Source: Heteronotia binoei (taxonomy: Eukaryota). From it: 64,000 nt of DNA. The stretch lies in the NCBI RefSeq assembly GCF_032191835.1, contig NC_083228.1, forward strand, positions 147,312,001 through 147,376,000, read 5' to 3'. Below are positions 49,456-63,900 of this stretch, in pieces. The position numbers and the translations under genes are program-made. Within the stretch, counting starts at the first letter, position 1, and every line of letters begins with the position of its first letter. The notes under the pieces are model-generated. The model worked only from the letters and a program-made list of their open reading frames with translations. It was not told the origin of the DNA and ran no database searches.

Positions 49456-50502
49456 CTGCTTCTTAACCTTTTACTAGCTGCCGGGCACAGAAGCAAATAA
49501 AAGAACCATTTCCATGACTATTTGTTTTCAAATGAAGGAAGAGATTCAAGGTGCCTTTTAAGCGCCAACCTGGCCCAGGCAATCTGCTCTCCGCTTCCAG
49601 AGGTATACAATTTTGCTGTGGTTGTTCAGACACCTTGTCAGCCAACAGAAAGCCAGGCAGGAAATCAAAGGGAGTAAAAAATTAGCCCAGAGAAGACAGG
49701 GACCATTCAAGCAATGTTTTTTTAAAAAAATTAAATCTAATCCAATACAAAGGGAGCATAGGGAAGAAAGGACATAAAAATATAAATCTAAATACAAAGA
49801 TCCAGTTTATACAATTTGATGCATAAACAATTTACAATTCCAGTACATAATATGCTATTACAAAACCAGTACATAATATGCTAGGTATTAAGAACTGAGA
49901 AAAAGCCTATAATTCATTCTATTTGGCAAAAAGAAATTTTCCCAAAGAACTCCAAATCTGGGGCCCAAAGTAAATCCTAATCTATAGCCAAATCAGGATC
50001 ATTATTGAAGTTGGACCATGAGGTGTCCCTTTAACACCATGTGGGATAGTGGGATGTATTTGAGGGCTTAAAACATGTCTAAAGCTCCTGTCATAGTCGG
50101 AGCATTTCTAACATTTCTTCCTGGCTTAGGGTAAAATTTCTGTGTATATTCACGCTTTCTAGAAGAGCTCTTTTACTGGGCTAAGCCGTTACATGGTTTC
50201 CCCTTGTGATTATTTCATGCTGTCAAAGATGGCCATGTCAACTGAATCACTTTCCACACTCTGAGCATTCACAAAGGTTTCCCTGTGTGGGTTGTATGGT
50301 GCAGCTGAAGAGTGCCACTCCGACTGAATCTCTTCCCACACTGTGAGCATTCGAAAGGTTTCTCCCCTGTGTGGGTCCTTTGATGTGGTTGAAAAGTGCG
50401 ACTCTGACTGAATCTCTTCCCACACTCTGAGCATTCAAAAGGTTTCTCCCCTGTGTGGGCCCTTTGGTGTTGTTGAAGAGTGCCACTCTGACTGAATCTC
50501 TT

Positions 50503-51998
50503 TCAATGCTGTGAGCATTCAAAAGGTTGCTCCCCTGGGTGGGTCCATTGATGCTGTTGAAGATGGCCACTCTGACTGAATCTCTTCCCACACTGTGAGC
50601 ATTCAAAAGGTTTCTCCCCTGTGTGGGTTCTCTGATGCTGTTGAAGATGGCCACTCTGACTGAATCTCTTTCCACACTCTGAGCATGCAAAAGGTTTCTC
50701 CCCCGTGTGGGTTCTTTGATGCTTTTGAAGAGCACCACTGTGAGTGAATCTCTTTCCACACTGTGAGCATTCAAAATGTTTCTCCCCTGTGTGGATTCTC
50801 TGATGCAGCTTTAGAGTGCCACTGTGACTGAATCTCTTTCCACACTGTGAGCATTCAAAAGGTTTCTCCCCTGTGTGGGTTCTCTGATGCAGCTTTAGAG
50901 TGCCACTCTGACTGAATTTCTTTCCACACTGTGAGCATTCAAAAGGTTTCTCCCCTGTGTGGGTCCTTTGATGTTGTTGAAGAGTGCCACTCCGACTGAA
51001 TCTCCTTCCACACTCTGAACATTCAAAAGGTTTCTCCCCTGTGTGGGTTTTCTGATGCAGTTGAAGATGGCCACTCCGACTGAATCTCTTCCCACACTCT
51101 GAGCATTCAAAAGGTTTCTCCCCTGTGTGGGTTCTCTGATGCCATTGAAGAGTGCTACTCCGACTGAATCTCATTCCACACTGTGAGCATTCAAAAGGTT
51201 TCTCTCCTGTGTGCATCCTATGATGTTGTTGAAGAGTGCCACTCTGACGGAATCTCTTTCCACAGTGTGAGCATTCAAAAGGTTTCTCCCCTGTGTGGGT
51301 TCTCTGATGCCATTGAAGAGTACTACTCCGACTGAATCTCATTCCACACTGTGAGCATTCAAAAGGTTTCTCTCCTGTGTGCGTCCTATGATGTTGTTGA
51401 AGAGTGCCACTCTGACGGAATCTCTTTCCACAGTGTGAGCATTCAAAAGGTTTCTCCCCTGTGTGGGTTCTCTGATGCCATTGAAGCGTACTACTCCGAC
51501 TGAATCTCATTCCACACTGTGAGCATTCAAAAGGTTTCTCTCCTGTGTGCGTCCTATGATGTTGTTGAAGAGTGCCACTCTGACTGAATCTCTTTCCACA
51601 CTGTGAGCATTCAAAAGGTTTCTCTCCTGTATGGGTTCTCTGATGCCATCGAAGATTGCGACTGTGACTGAATCTCTTTCCACACTCTGTGAATTCAAAA
51701 GCTTTTTCCCCTGTGTGCATTTGTTGATGTTTCTTGCCTCTGTGTACGCTTTGGTGCACAAGGAGCTGTGATTTATTTTTGAAGTACTTCCTATACTGAG
51801 TGGATGCACATGCCTTAATTATTCTCTGCTTTGGAAAATGTACATTAATCCTTTTTCCTTCTCTCTTCTCAACCATACAGCTTCCTTCCTTTCTCTTAGG
51901 TCTGCGTCGATTTCTCTTGTTTTCTTTCAACTCTTGAACCTGATATGGCAAGTGCTGGAGAAGTTCTTCACCCTCCTCATTTATCTGGTCATCCTCTG
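50503..51998 (-). CDS. Zinc-finger exon of gene D (13 canonical fingers)
   Basis: ORF 50503..51951 extends in frame to acceptor ATTCCAG|CAGAG at 51998. Confidence 0.95.
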
Positions 51999-54900
51999 CT
52001 GGAATAAAGAGAGAGATCCCTTTAACACCTGGGAGGGCAGGTAAGGTCCAAAAACATCTCTATGACTGCAGAAGGAAAGGACTGATGGCTCTTCAGCTTC
52101 CTCCAGTTTCCCTGATCTTAACCTTTTCCCACCTTTCTCCAGAATGTCTAGTATTTAAGGATACCTCATCCCCTCATGAGCTTGCAATCTGAGCTTGCAA
52201 TGCCAATTCCCCCCCCACCCAACATAACAGTTCAAGAAATAGAGGAAGTTGTGAACAATTTAAACGTGGGTAAATCCCTTGGCCAGACGGCTTTACTGCG
52301 GATTTTTATAGGGAGATGAAGGAGTTACTGATCCCCGAATTACAACAAGTGTTTAATGCTATATTGAGGGGAGAGAAAGCCCCCGACTCTTGGAGAATGG
52401 CTGAAATAACCGTAATATTAAAACCCCAGAAAGATCCTCGGGAAGTGGGTTCATATAGACCAATAAGTCTACTTAACCAGGACTACAAAATATTTGCTAA
52501 AGTTTTAGCAAATAGGCTAAGGAACATATTACCTTATATAATAAAAGAGGATCAATATGGTTTTGTGAAGAATAGGAATATTGCACATCCTATAAAGAAT
52601 ATATTAAATGTATTGTACCAATAACATTCTGGGCAACTTGCTTTGCTTAAATTAGATGTATACAAGGCATTTGATACGCTGTCCCATGAATTCTTATGGT
52701 CCATAATGAAGAAGTGTGGGATTGGGCCACTATTCTTAAAAACCATTCAAGAGGTCTACAGGGAGGGGTCAGCAGCGGTAAGAGTAAATAACGAACATAC
52801 GGATCAGTTCTCAATTGAGAGAGGTGTGAGGCAGGGGTGTCCACTTTCCCCATCCCTGTTTATAATGGCGATAGAGCAATTAGCAGAAAGAATCAGGAAT
52901 TCAGGGAGAATAGAAGGCTGTAGAATGGGAAAGGAGGAAATAAAAATCAACTTGTTTGCAGATGATATAATCATGACAATATCTAACCCGAAAGAAGCCA
53001 TTAGGGAAACGAAAATTATATTAGAGGATTTTGAAGCCATGTCAGGTTTAAGAATAAATATGGGAAAGTCTGAAATAATGTACTTTAATCTTGGTTTGGA
53101 AGAAAGGAAAGAGATTAATAGGATAACTAATATGGGGATGGGAGTTAAGAAATTTAAATATCTAGGGATAGAAATTTATAAAAATATTAACAGGATAGTG
53201 GAGGGAAATTATAATAAAATCTAGGAGAAGATAGAGAGGGATATGCAGCAGTGGGGGGAAAGGACGATGAGCCTGACCACTAGAATAAAGAGTGTATCGA
53301 TGTTTTGGACGCCAAGGTTATTGTACCTTTTTCAAACGATACCATTGGAGTTAGATAAGCAAAAAATGATTAACTGGAACACTAAAATAAGGGAATGGAT
53401 ATTTGGTAGTAGGAAACTTAGAATCCCCAAAAAATTAGCATACAACCATAAATCGGAACTTGGATGGGGAGTTCCAGATACAGTCAATTATTATGAAGCA
53501 TTTCAGCTTAAGGCATTATTAGAGATAGAGAAGGAAGGGGATCAGAAATGGATAAGGTTTGAGAATGAAGCTAATAATGGGGTAGGAAAACATGGCATCT
53601 TTACGAACATGGGGGCGAAGGAACTTAATTTAAACGTGGGACCAAGGAAAAATGGGTTATATGTTTGGAAGAAATGGCAGCCGAAATGGCTGAATCGGGT
53701 ATCTAGATGGATGCCATTAGAAATGTTGATGGAAGGAGATAAGGAACATAGGTGGAGCGAACTACTTAAGGCTAAAGGATTTAGAAGGGTAGAAGATTTG
53801 TTAATATTAGATAAGTTAAAATCATTACAAGAGTTACAAGAAGCCGTAGGAATACAATATTGGCTTAAGGCTACAGGATTGTATACTAAAGTTAAGAAGG
53901 AAGTGGAGAAGAGTAATTTAAATGAAGAAGAACCTATGGAAAAGTTTTACAAATTAATGGGAAAAACAAAAAAAGGATTAGTAAGCATCTTATACAGGAG
54001 TGTGAATTCAGGCAACGAAGGAGCAATAAGCTACCTTCAACGGACATGGAGTTCAGAAGGCCAAATATTGAAACGAACAGGGGAGAAGATAATGGAAGGT
54101 TTAAAAAAAGTTAAGGTACATAAGGTTAGAGAAATGGAATTGAAATTTTTCACCAAATGGTATAGAACTCCGGCTACTTTAGCCAATATGTTTCCTGGGT
54201 TGAGCCCTAAGTGTTGGCACTGTAAGAAAGAGAAGGGATGGTATTCCCACATGTGGTGGGAGTGCCCTGAGGCCAAGAAACTATGGGAAATGGTAGTGGG
54301 AATGATAAAGAAATTCTTTCAGGTAGAGCCGAGAATTAACTTTGAATTAATGCAGATGAGTATATTAGGGAATGAAAAAATAAAGAACTATAATCAAGAT
54401 TTACTAAAAGCAATGATATCAGCGGGTAAAGCGGTAATAGCGGCAGGATGGAAGGATAAAAGTAAATGGAAGGAAAGAACTTGGCATAACTATCTCTTTG
54501 ATTTTGTCCAGTCAGATATAGCTGCTATAATGTCGCAAGAAGAATCATGGGAGGAAAGAAGATCAAGAATCAAAGAAAAGTGGCAGACCTATCTGAAATG
54601 GGCGAAGGAAGAAAGGAGAGTGGACATTCAGTGGAAGCTTCAAGTCCTTTGTCCCTGGCTGGAAGAAGAAGAGGATGTATAGACTAAGGGGGGTGGGTTG
54701 GGGGGGAAAATGTAAAATGGATACCAGAAACAATGTAGAGAAATGGATAATGAATAATAATAATAAAATATACATAAAAAAAGGATACCTCATCCCCTCA
54801 AGAGCTTGCAATGCCAATTCCCCCCCCCCCCAACACACTCCAGACTCATCTCAGCTGTGTGATACAATACCTGCCTGTCAGCAGAGGGCTCTTTTGTCAG

Positions 54901-57900
54901 ATTCTGTGCAGCAATCCCTCAGTCCACCTCTTTGATGTAATTCAAATAAGGTTTATTTAAATGATGAGCATGTTCACAGCAATTACTGGTTTTGCTAAAA
55001 CTGACCTTTTCCAGACAGGCCATAACCTTCCAAATCTCAGTTCCATGAAGGCCTCCCTTCCTCCTTATCCAGCAGGCTGTATGATTGTACCAAGCCAAAT
55101 GTTGCTCAGAAGTGAATTAAAAAACCCCATGGCTATTGCTTACCTATTCCCTTGACATAACCGTGAAGGATACTCACTCTCAGCCAACTCATTTGGGAAG
55201 GAAATATGTTTTTGGAATCCCCTTGAGAAACTCTCCAGCTTTTCTTCAGATGTAATACCACTGTCTTTCTCCACAAAAGTCTCTCTTATCCTTTCTTCTT
55301 TTGGGAGGGAGAGGAAGGGGGAGAGAGAGAGAGAGAGAGAGATCATTCTTATGTGAGGGATGAAAGAAATTCAAGAATAAAAATTCTTCTGAGCGAAATT
55401 GGGCTTGATAGAAAGGGCAAGTCCTAAGCTTTTGAATCTGACTGTCAGATTGAAAATTGGTGAGGTCAAAAATTTCGTCATTTTTTGAAGGTTTAAAAAT
55501 TTTTTTAAAATTCATATCTTGGCCTAGGAAGCTCAGAGGAAGATGAAAGATGGAATAAAGTTTATTATAAAGATGGAATAAAGTTTATTATAAAGAGTAA
55601 ATTTAGATCTTTTGAACTTGATAGCTATAAAGGGGACAGATCTGTAAGACAAGCACTCTAGTTCCCCTCAAGGGTCTACGTGAATTTTGTGGCCTGGTCT
55701 GACCTGCAGGTGTTCGTGATTTAACTCTCCCTGTGGCTAACATCCTTTATCATTTTCAGGGCCAGACTCAAGACTGTGGTACTTGGTTAACTGTGAGACC
55801 CTGTATCCCATTGTGTAACTAGGAGGGAGGGGAGATTGGGATGGTGCTGACAGCCTCCGGATAATTCCATCAGGGAGGACTCTTGATTGGGTTATTTGGA
55901 CCACCTGACTCTAGAGGGGCAGAAAGTATAAAACTGGTAGAGACCAGAGAGAAGCCATGCAAACTCTAGTATGCTTTGATATTTTCTTGCTTCACTGTGA
56001 TGAGATTTTTTTGTAGAATACCTTTCGCTACAGGTGGAATACTTATGCTGTAATACGAAGCACTAATCCCAGCTATTTCATGTATAAGAGAGAACAGTGA
56101 GCTTTTCATGGTTTTCTGTTGCTGTTTAGTAATGTCTTGTTTTCACATCCTTCATCAGTCTTTATATATTTTAAAAGGGTCTGCTTTACTTGTGTGAACC
56201 CACTGAACTGGGTGCTGTTCAGGTGCCAAGACTGGGGACCCAGGCTTGGGGACTTGACAGGATCATTTCCAAATCACAGTTAAAGGGGATGTTTGTAATT
56301 CTATCGAAGGGAAAGGGTGTGTTGAATATGTTAGGGAAAGAGAAATCAGGAACTATCCCTTTGGAGAAACGCCATTTTAGGCCTGTATCTAATGGGAGGC
56401 AGCCTTCGGGGCCTAGTCTCTTCCTTCTCTCCCCTCCCCTCCTGTCTGGAACCAGCGATTCTGAGGAGGCCTCCTAGAGAGACGGGAAGTCTTTCAGGCT
56501 GGTCTCCCAGATGGCGAGAGGAGGGTAAACCAGTTCCCGGGCGAGAACTGCAATTTATATTGTAGATTTGGGGTGGGAAAACGGACAGTTAAAGTTGGCA
56601 GTCGGGCTGTTCAGACTTGACAGTTAAAGTGGACAGTCAGTCAGTTTGAGTTCAGTCTTGGAGATTGGTTAGTTGAAAAGGTCTGGTCAGGCTTGCAACA
56701 GTCCAAGTGAGGCGCCTGCCCTGCAGGTCATCCCGTGAGGGGAAGTAGTATAACAGGGAGAGAAGGAGTATTTTCCCCTACTGTAATTTGTTGCTTCTGT
56801 TCACTCTTTAAACATGCCTGTAAATAGTTGTATGTTGTAAATAAATGTTATGTTTGTTTAAAGTGCAGTCCCTCCGTACCACATAGTTTCCCCAGCCGCC
56901 TTAGACCACGCTACTGCAAGAGGGGAGTCCAGAGAAGGGGGAAGGCATGCAGCTGGCAAGGATGCCAATCCTCCAGGGGTCTCCCAAAGAAGGACTGTGG
57001 TCTCTGTGATAACCATGTGCTGTGTTGGCAGAGGACCTTGAGGCCAGACCTCAGAACTGGAAAGGAACATTGGGAGTCCTGCTCCTCTCAGTCAGGAACC
57101 CCTAAATTGAACAGGTGGTGGGAGCGTGCCCAAGTGACAGGAAGAAGATTAGCTCCCTCCAGGAGTTGGCAACCCAAAAGAGAGCTGACGGAACTGGGTC
57201 TGAAGGCAAAATCGGGCCGGTTCTGTCGCAATCCTGTTCCAGAGTCTTTCTGAGCGTCTCTGTTGGGGGACAACCTGAGCTCAGCATGAAGCCCTCAGGG
57301 CTGGAGGACTCCTCAGGAGAAGGGGAGCCACGCATGGCTGGCTCTGAGTCAGCAGAAACAGGAAAGAGGCTGATGAGCTGCAGGCTAACCAAGACTCACC
57401 ACCACCAGCTGATCCAGAGCCACCACCCAGCCCTGATGCAGGAGCATGGCTGGCTCTGAGTCAGCAGAAGCCAGAAAAGAGGCTGATGAGCTGAAGGCTG
57501 ACCAAGACTCATCACCAGCAGCTGATCCAGAGCCACTACCCAGCCCTGATACAGCAGGTCAGACTCAAGTGATTCAGAAAGGCTGAGGGACTTGGGAATC
57601 TTCAGTCTGGAGAAGAGGAGGTTGAGGGGGGACATAATTGCTCTCTTAAAGTATTTCAAGGGCTGTCACTTAGAGGAAAGTGGGGAGCAGATCCTGTTGG
57701 CAGAAGAGGAGAGGACTTGTAATAAAGGGTTTAAATTAAGGGTGGGAACGTACCTGCTGGATGTTAGGGGAAACGTTTTAATGCTAAGAGTTGTTCAACA
57801 ATAGAATTGGCTACCTAGGAAGGTGGTGAAATCCACAACTGCCTTAAACCATGCTACTGCAAGGGGGGAGTCCAGGAAGGGAGAAGGCATGCAGCTGGCA

Positions 57901-60900
57901 AGGGTGCCAATCCTGCAGGGGTCTCCCAAAGAGGGACTTTGGTCTTTGTGATGACCATGTGCTGTGTTGGCAGAGGACACAGAGGCCAGACCTCAGAATT
58001 GGCAAGGAAGATTGGGAGTTCTGCTCCTCTCAGTCAGGAACCCCTAAATTGAGCAGGTGGTGGGAGCGTGCCCAAGTGACACGAAGAAGATTAGCTCCCT
58101 CCAGGAGTTGGCAACCCAAAAGGGAGCTGACGGAACTGGGTCTGAAGGCAAAATCGGGCCGGTTCTGTCGCAATCCTGTTCCAGAGTTTTTCTGAGCGTC
58201 TCTGTTGGGGGACAACCTGAGCTCAGCATGAAGTCCTCAGGGGAGGAGGACTCCTCAGGAGAAGGGGAGCCATGCATGGCTGGCTCTGAGTCAGCAGAAA
58301 TAGGAAAGAGGCTGATGAGCTGCAGGCTAACCAACACTCACCACCACCAGCTGATCCAGAGCCACCACCCAGCCCTGATGCAGGAGCATGGCTGGCTCTG
58401 AGTCAGCAGAAGCCAGAAAAAAGGCTGATGAGCTGCAGGCTGACCAAGACTCATCACCAGTAGCTGATCCAGAGCAACTACCCAGCCCTGATACAGCAGG
58501 TGAGACTCAAGTGATTCAGAAAGGCTGAGGGACTTGGGAATCTTCAGTCTGGAGAAGAGGAGGTTGAGGGGGGACATGATTGCTCTCTTAAAGTATTTCA
58601 AGGGCTGTCACTTAGAGGAAGGTGGGGAGCAGATCCTATTGGCAGAAGAGGACAGGACTGTTAATAAAGGATTTAAATTAAGGGTGGGAACGTACCTGCT
58701 GGATGTTAGGGTAAACGTTTTAATGCTAAGAGTTGTACAACAATAGAATTGGCTACCTAGGAAGGTGGTGAATTCTCCCTCGCTGGCAATCTTTAAGCAG
58801 TGGCTCGACAAACACTTGTCAGGGATGCATTAGGCTGATCCTGCATTGTGGGGATTCAGGAATCTGCCTTGCAGTGGCTGTCCTCCTTTCTCCAAGATCG
58901 GGGACAAAGGGTGGTGATAGGGGAGGAAGCATCCCAGAGGCACTCTCTTAATTGTGGGGTGCCGCAGGGAGCGATCCTATCCCCGATGCTATTTAGTATC
59001 TATATGCGCCCCCTTGCCCAGATTGTCAGGAGGTACGGACTGGGTTGCCATCAATATGCGGATGACACCCAGCTCTACCTATTGATGGGTGGCCAGTCTG
59101 ACTGTACCCTGGAAAATCTAGACCTGGCGTTACAAGCCGTGGCTTCTTGGCTCAGACTGAGTCGGCTGAAACTGAATCCGACGAAGACGGAGGTTCTCTA
59201 CCTGGGTCGGGGCGGTCCGGGGAGAGAGATCCAGCTGCCGGCCCTTGACGGGGTACCACTGATACCGCTCCCTAAGGTCAAGAGTTTAGGCGTGCTCCTT
59301 GAGTCCTCCCTTATAATGGAGGCTCACGTGGCAGCCACCGTTAGATCTGCCTTCTTTCATCTTCGGCAAGCGCGGCAGCTAGCCCCTTACCTGGAACGCA
59401 ACGACTTAGCGACGGTAATCCATGCTACGGTCACCTCAAGAATAGATCACTGCAATGCTCTCTACATGGGGCTACCCCTGATGCTAACCCGGAGACTGCA
59501 ACTGGTGCAGAACGCTGCGGCACGGCTGTTAATGGGGCTGCCACGACGGGAGCACATTCAGCCAGTGCTGAGAGAGCTGCACTGGTTGCCTGTTGTGTTC
59601 CGAGTTCGCTTCAAGGTGTTGGTACTAACCTTTAAAGCCCTCTATGGTCAGGGACCTGCCTATCTATGGGACCGCCTTTCCCCATATATCCCCCAGAGAG
59701 CACTGCGATCAGGGACAAAAAATCTATTGTCTGCCCCTGGCCCAAAAGAAGCCAGGTTATGCATAACAAGATCCAGGGCTTTTTCGGTGGCAGCACCAGA
59801 ACTTTGGAACACCCTCCCAGAAGCTATAAGGGCCCTGCGGGATTTGTCTGCATTCCACAGGGCCTGTAAGACCGAACTGTTTAAACAGGCTTTTGCGGTT
59901 TGATTGGAAAGGGGCTGCCACCGGACATCCTACAGAATGCTGGCGATCATAGTCAGAAGTCAATACCGCCTATATTGGACTGAAACAGCGCTAACAGTTT
60001 TAAAATTGATAAGTAAATTATGGTTTTATATGTTTTACTTAATTGAATTGTTTTTATGATGTTGTAAGCCGCCCTGAGTCCGCTTGCGGAGAAGGCGGGA
60101 TATAAATGTGAAGTAATAAATAAATAAAAATAAATAAATTGAGCAAGGGCCCTTGACTGTTTGGCCCCTTCCAGCTCCATGATTCTACAATGGTTAGGGG
60201 TCTGGAGAGCAAGATCTATGAGGAAGGCTGAAGGATCTGGCTATGTTTAGTCTAGAGAGGAGACAACTGAGAGGTGGTATGATAGTCATTGTCAAGTACT
60301 TGAAGGGCTGTCGTATAGAAGATAGTGAAGAATTGTTTTCTGTGGCCCCAGAAGGCAGGAACAAAACCAACAGGTTGAAATTAAATCAGAAGACTTTCCA
60401 GCTCAACATTAGGAAGAACTTCCTGACAGTTAAGAGCAGTTCCTCAGTGGAACAGGCTTCCTTGGGAAGTGGTGGGCTCTCCTTCCTTGGAGGTCTTTAA
60501 ACAGAGGCTAACATAGACATGTGACAGCAATGCTGATTCTGTGAACTTGGGCAGATCACGAGAAGGAGAGCAGGAAGGGTTGCAACAGTGGTTAGTTCTC
60601 ATAGTCTTTCTTACATGTCCAGGAAATCTTTGCCACTTTGGGGTCAGGCAGAAATCTTTTTACCAGGCTAGTTTTCCAGCAATTCCGGAGCCCCCCCCCC
60701 CCCATGTTCTGCGTATGGAGCATGTATCAGTGGGGGTGGTGAAGAGGTATTTGTGAATTTCCTGTATTGTGCAGGGGCTGGACTAGATGACCCTAGAGGT
60801 TCCTTCCAACTCTATTTTTTAAATTTTTTATTTACTTTGGATTTATATCCCACCCTCTCCGCAAGCGGACTCAGGGCTGCTAACATCCAACCAGAAATTA

Positions 60901-63900
60901 TAATACTAAAATAATTAAACTTAAGACGGTATTGAAATCATTTAAAACAACATATGGTGCTACTCAGAAGAAATAAGACGGGATCAGAACTTTGTTCAGC
61001 AGGCAATTTAGTTCTTTCATCGTGAATTTTATCTCACAGTGGTACTTGTTGTGGTCTCCAATTCCTCACAGCTGGTGTTGCTCAGGCTCTGTTAAAGTGG
61101 CAGCCCTCTCCCATTCAAATATAATAGGCCAATCGAAATAATTCTGTTTTACAGGCCCTGCGGAATTGGGAAATATCCCTCAAAGAGCCATGGCCTCTGG
61201 CAGGGTGTTCCACATCTCTGGCACTACCACCAAGAAAGCTCTGGCCCTTGAAGTGTTCGGTCTGGCCTCCCTTGGTCCGGGGATGGAGAGATTTTGAACT
61301 CCCGAAAGCAACGCTCTCTGGGGAACATATGGGGAAAGGCAGTCCCATAGATAAAGAGGCCCTTGACCATGTAGGGCTTAAAAGGTCAATACCAGCACCT
61401 TGAAAGGGATTCGGAACATGATAGGCAGCCAGCGCAGGTATTTCAGCAGTGGTTGAATGTGCTCCTGTTGAGAGAGCTGCATTAACAACTACGCTGTAGC
61501 ATTCTGCACTAGCTGCAATTTCTGGATCAGAGTCAAGGGTAGCCCCATGTCAAGGGCATTACAGTAGTCTATTCTTGAGGTGACCGTGGCCACGGATCAC
61601 CATTGCTAAGTCGCTATGCTCCACAAAAGGGGCCAACAGCCATACCCGCTGCAGATAGAAGGCGGCAGATTTGGTAGTGGCTGCTACCTAAGCCTCCATG
61701 GTCAGAGAGGACTCCAGGAGCACTCCCAAGCTCTTGACCTTCAGGACTGGTATCAATGGCACACCGTCAAAAGCCAGCAAAGGGATCTCCCTTCCCAGGC
61801 CACTGCAACTTAAGATAGAGAACCTCCATCTTTGTCAGATTCCGCTTCAGTTGACTAAGCCTGAGCCAAGATACCATGGTTTGTAATGGCAGGTCCCAAT
61901 TGTCCAGGATGTAGATTCTAAGACCAGTTCACCGCTCTCACCTGCACCTTTTGAGTATCTGAGACAGAAGCTTAGATGGGAGTTGCAAGCAAGGAGGCAG
62001 AGTGCACGTCTCCTGGTCAACTACCAGCTCCTTCCTGACGAAAGCTTGCAGTCACTGCAGCAGGACTCCCAAGCAGCTGCTTGTTAGGAAGGGCCTATAA
62101 AACCTACTGCTGGGAGCCTGCATGTTATGGAAGCACCAAGTCATCCTGCTAAACTCTGCAACCACAACTCCTCATCGAGCATTCTTTGTGCGTCCTTGGA
62201 CTGGCTTTGGACTTTGACTTTGAGACTCTCTACCTTGTGGATGACCCTTGGACCTCCAGGCTACACTCTCTGGCTTTCCCCTTCTGGAAATGACCCTTTG
62301 GTTTGTGCACTTTCAGTTTGTGGACTTCTGAAACTGAACTCTGGAATTTGTGTGAGCACCTGAACATGTCTGGCTTGTTGTGTGAACATGTTTGGCTTGT
62401 TGGCTTGTGCCTGCTACATAACAGTCTCTCATCCCCACCTTTGCCTCTGGCCAGGACACCGTCTCTGGCTCGGGTGATGGCCACAACACTGGTCTCAGCT
62501 GCCCCTCGGCAAGTACCTGGAGAGGCCTGAGAACGATGTGTTGCTGTTCAATACTATGCATCATCCCAGGGGGAGCAATTCACACCTCTGGCACTTGTGG
62601 GAGATCCTCCTTACCCAGAGAGATGACGCTCAGATAGTTCTCCCGCATGACTTCCCTGTAGAGAGTTTTCTGGTCCGGATCCAGCAGGTCCCATTCTGCT
62701 ACGGTGAAACAGACAGACACCTCCTCAAAGGAAAAGGGGAACTGGAAGAAAAAGCAGATGCCTCATCAGAGATGATGCAAGGCAGAGACTGCACTCTGGA
62801 AGGGAGCAGTCTGGGATGGAACAGGATGTATGTCTTGGCACAGGTCGAGGGAGTGGTATTCAGAGCCTCTCTCACCTGGACCACTGTAGAAACTGCAGGA
62901 GCAAAAACACCCCTGAGAAAGGAGGGGGGAACCCAGGCTGTCCCCTGCTCATTCCCCCTACCTGCACTGGAGGTGAAGCAGCTGTTTCCACACCTCCAAA
63001 AAGATGATGGCTCAACAGCATCTCTCCAGTGCCTGTTAGGAAGAGAAAGGAGGAAGGGTGTTTGCTGTGACTTCCTGTTCCATTTGCTTGTTTGTTCCTC
63101 GCTTCACACACTCCCTTCCCAGAAGCTGGAAACCTTGCCCCATGTACACTCCACACAACCTTTTACTAAATTGTGGGAGAGGCAGAAGAGAAGTACCCAT
63201 GAGCCTCAGGGGGTGATAAAAGCTGCCAACATATTTCAGGCTTCTGTGGGGCCTGAGATGTTCCCTGTGAACTCTGAAGTTCCAAAGGTCACAGAATCCC
63301 TGCTGGATCAGACCAAACGCCCAGGAATCCCCTTCTCCTGCCAGCTGGCAGTGGGCCCTTCAGTCTGGACTGTGGGTGGGAAAAGAGGGGAGTGGATATG
63401 AGATCACATTCACATCACGTGTCACCATCACATTCAGCCCAAAACCCAGAAGTCACTTGAGCGCTTCTGAAGAATCTAGGGTAATATCTGTTCCAAACCT
63501 CACCCTAAGGCCCTCCTCCAAATCTCCTGGGGTTTGAGGCGACAGCCGGTCATCCCTCCTGCAGAACCCGATTTCCCACAGTGGCCTCCCAGGTGCCCCT
63601 ATATGAACAGGCACAGAAGCTGAATTTTCCCATGATTCTTGGCCCCCTACAGACTAGTTTTCAGTGCTCAGTGCTGCCCAGAAGACAGAGGCTCCCTGTA
63701 TTCACCCGGATGAATAGCTCTGCCCACATCTGTCTAACTTTAGTTTTCTTTTCCGACCTCCCTGAGTTCCTCTTATGGAAGGAAGGTAATTAATGGGAGG
63801 AAATGTCCTCTAGGAATTATCTAATCCTCTTTGAGAAGAATTACAGTGAGTGGAGATTCAGTGCTGTGTGTTATGTGAAGAAGTACTGAATTCTTTTCCT

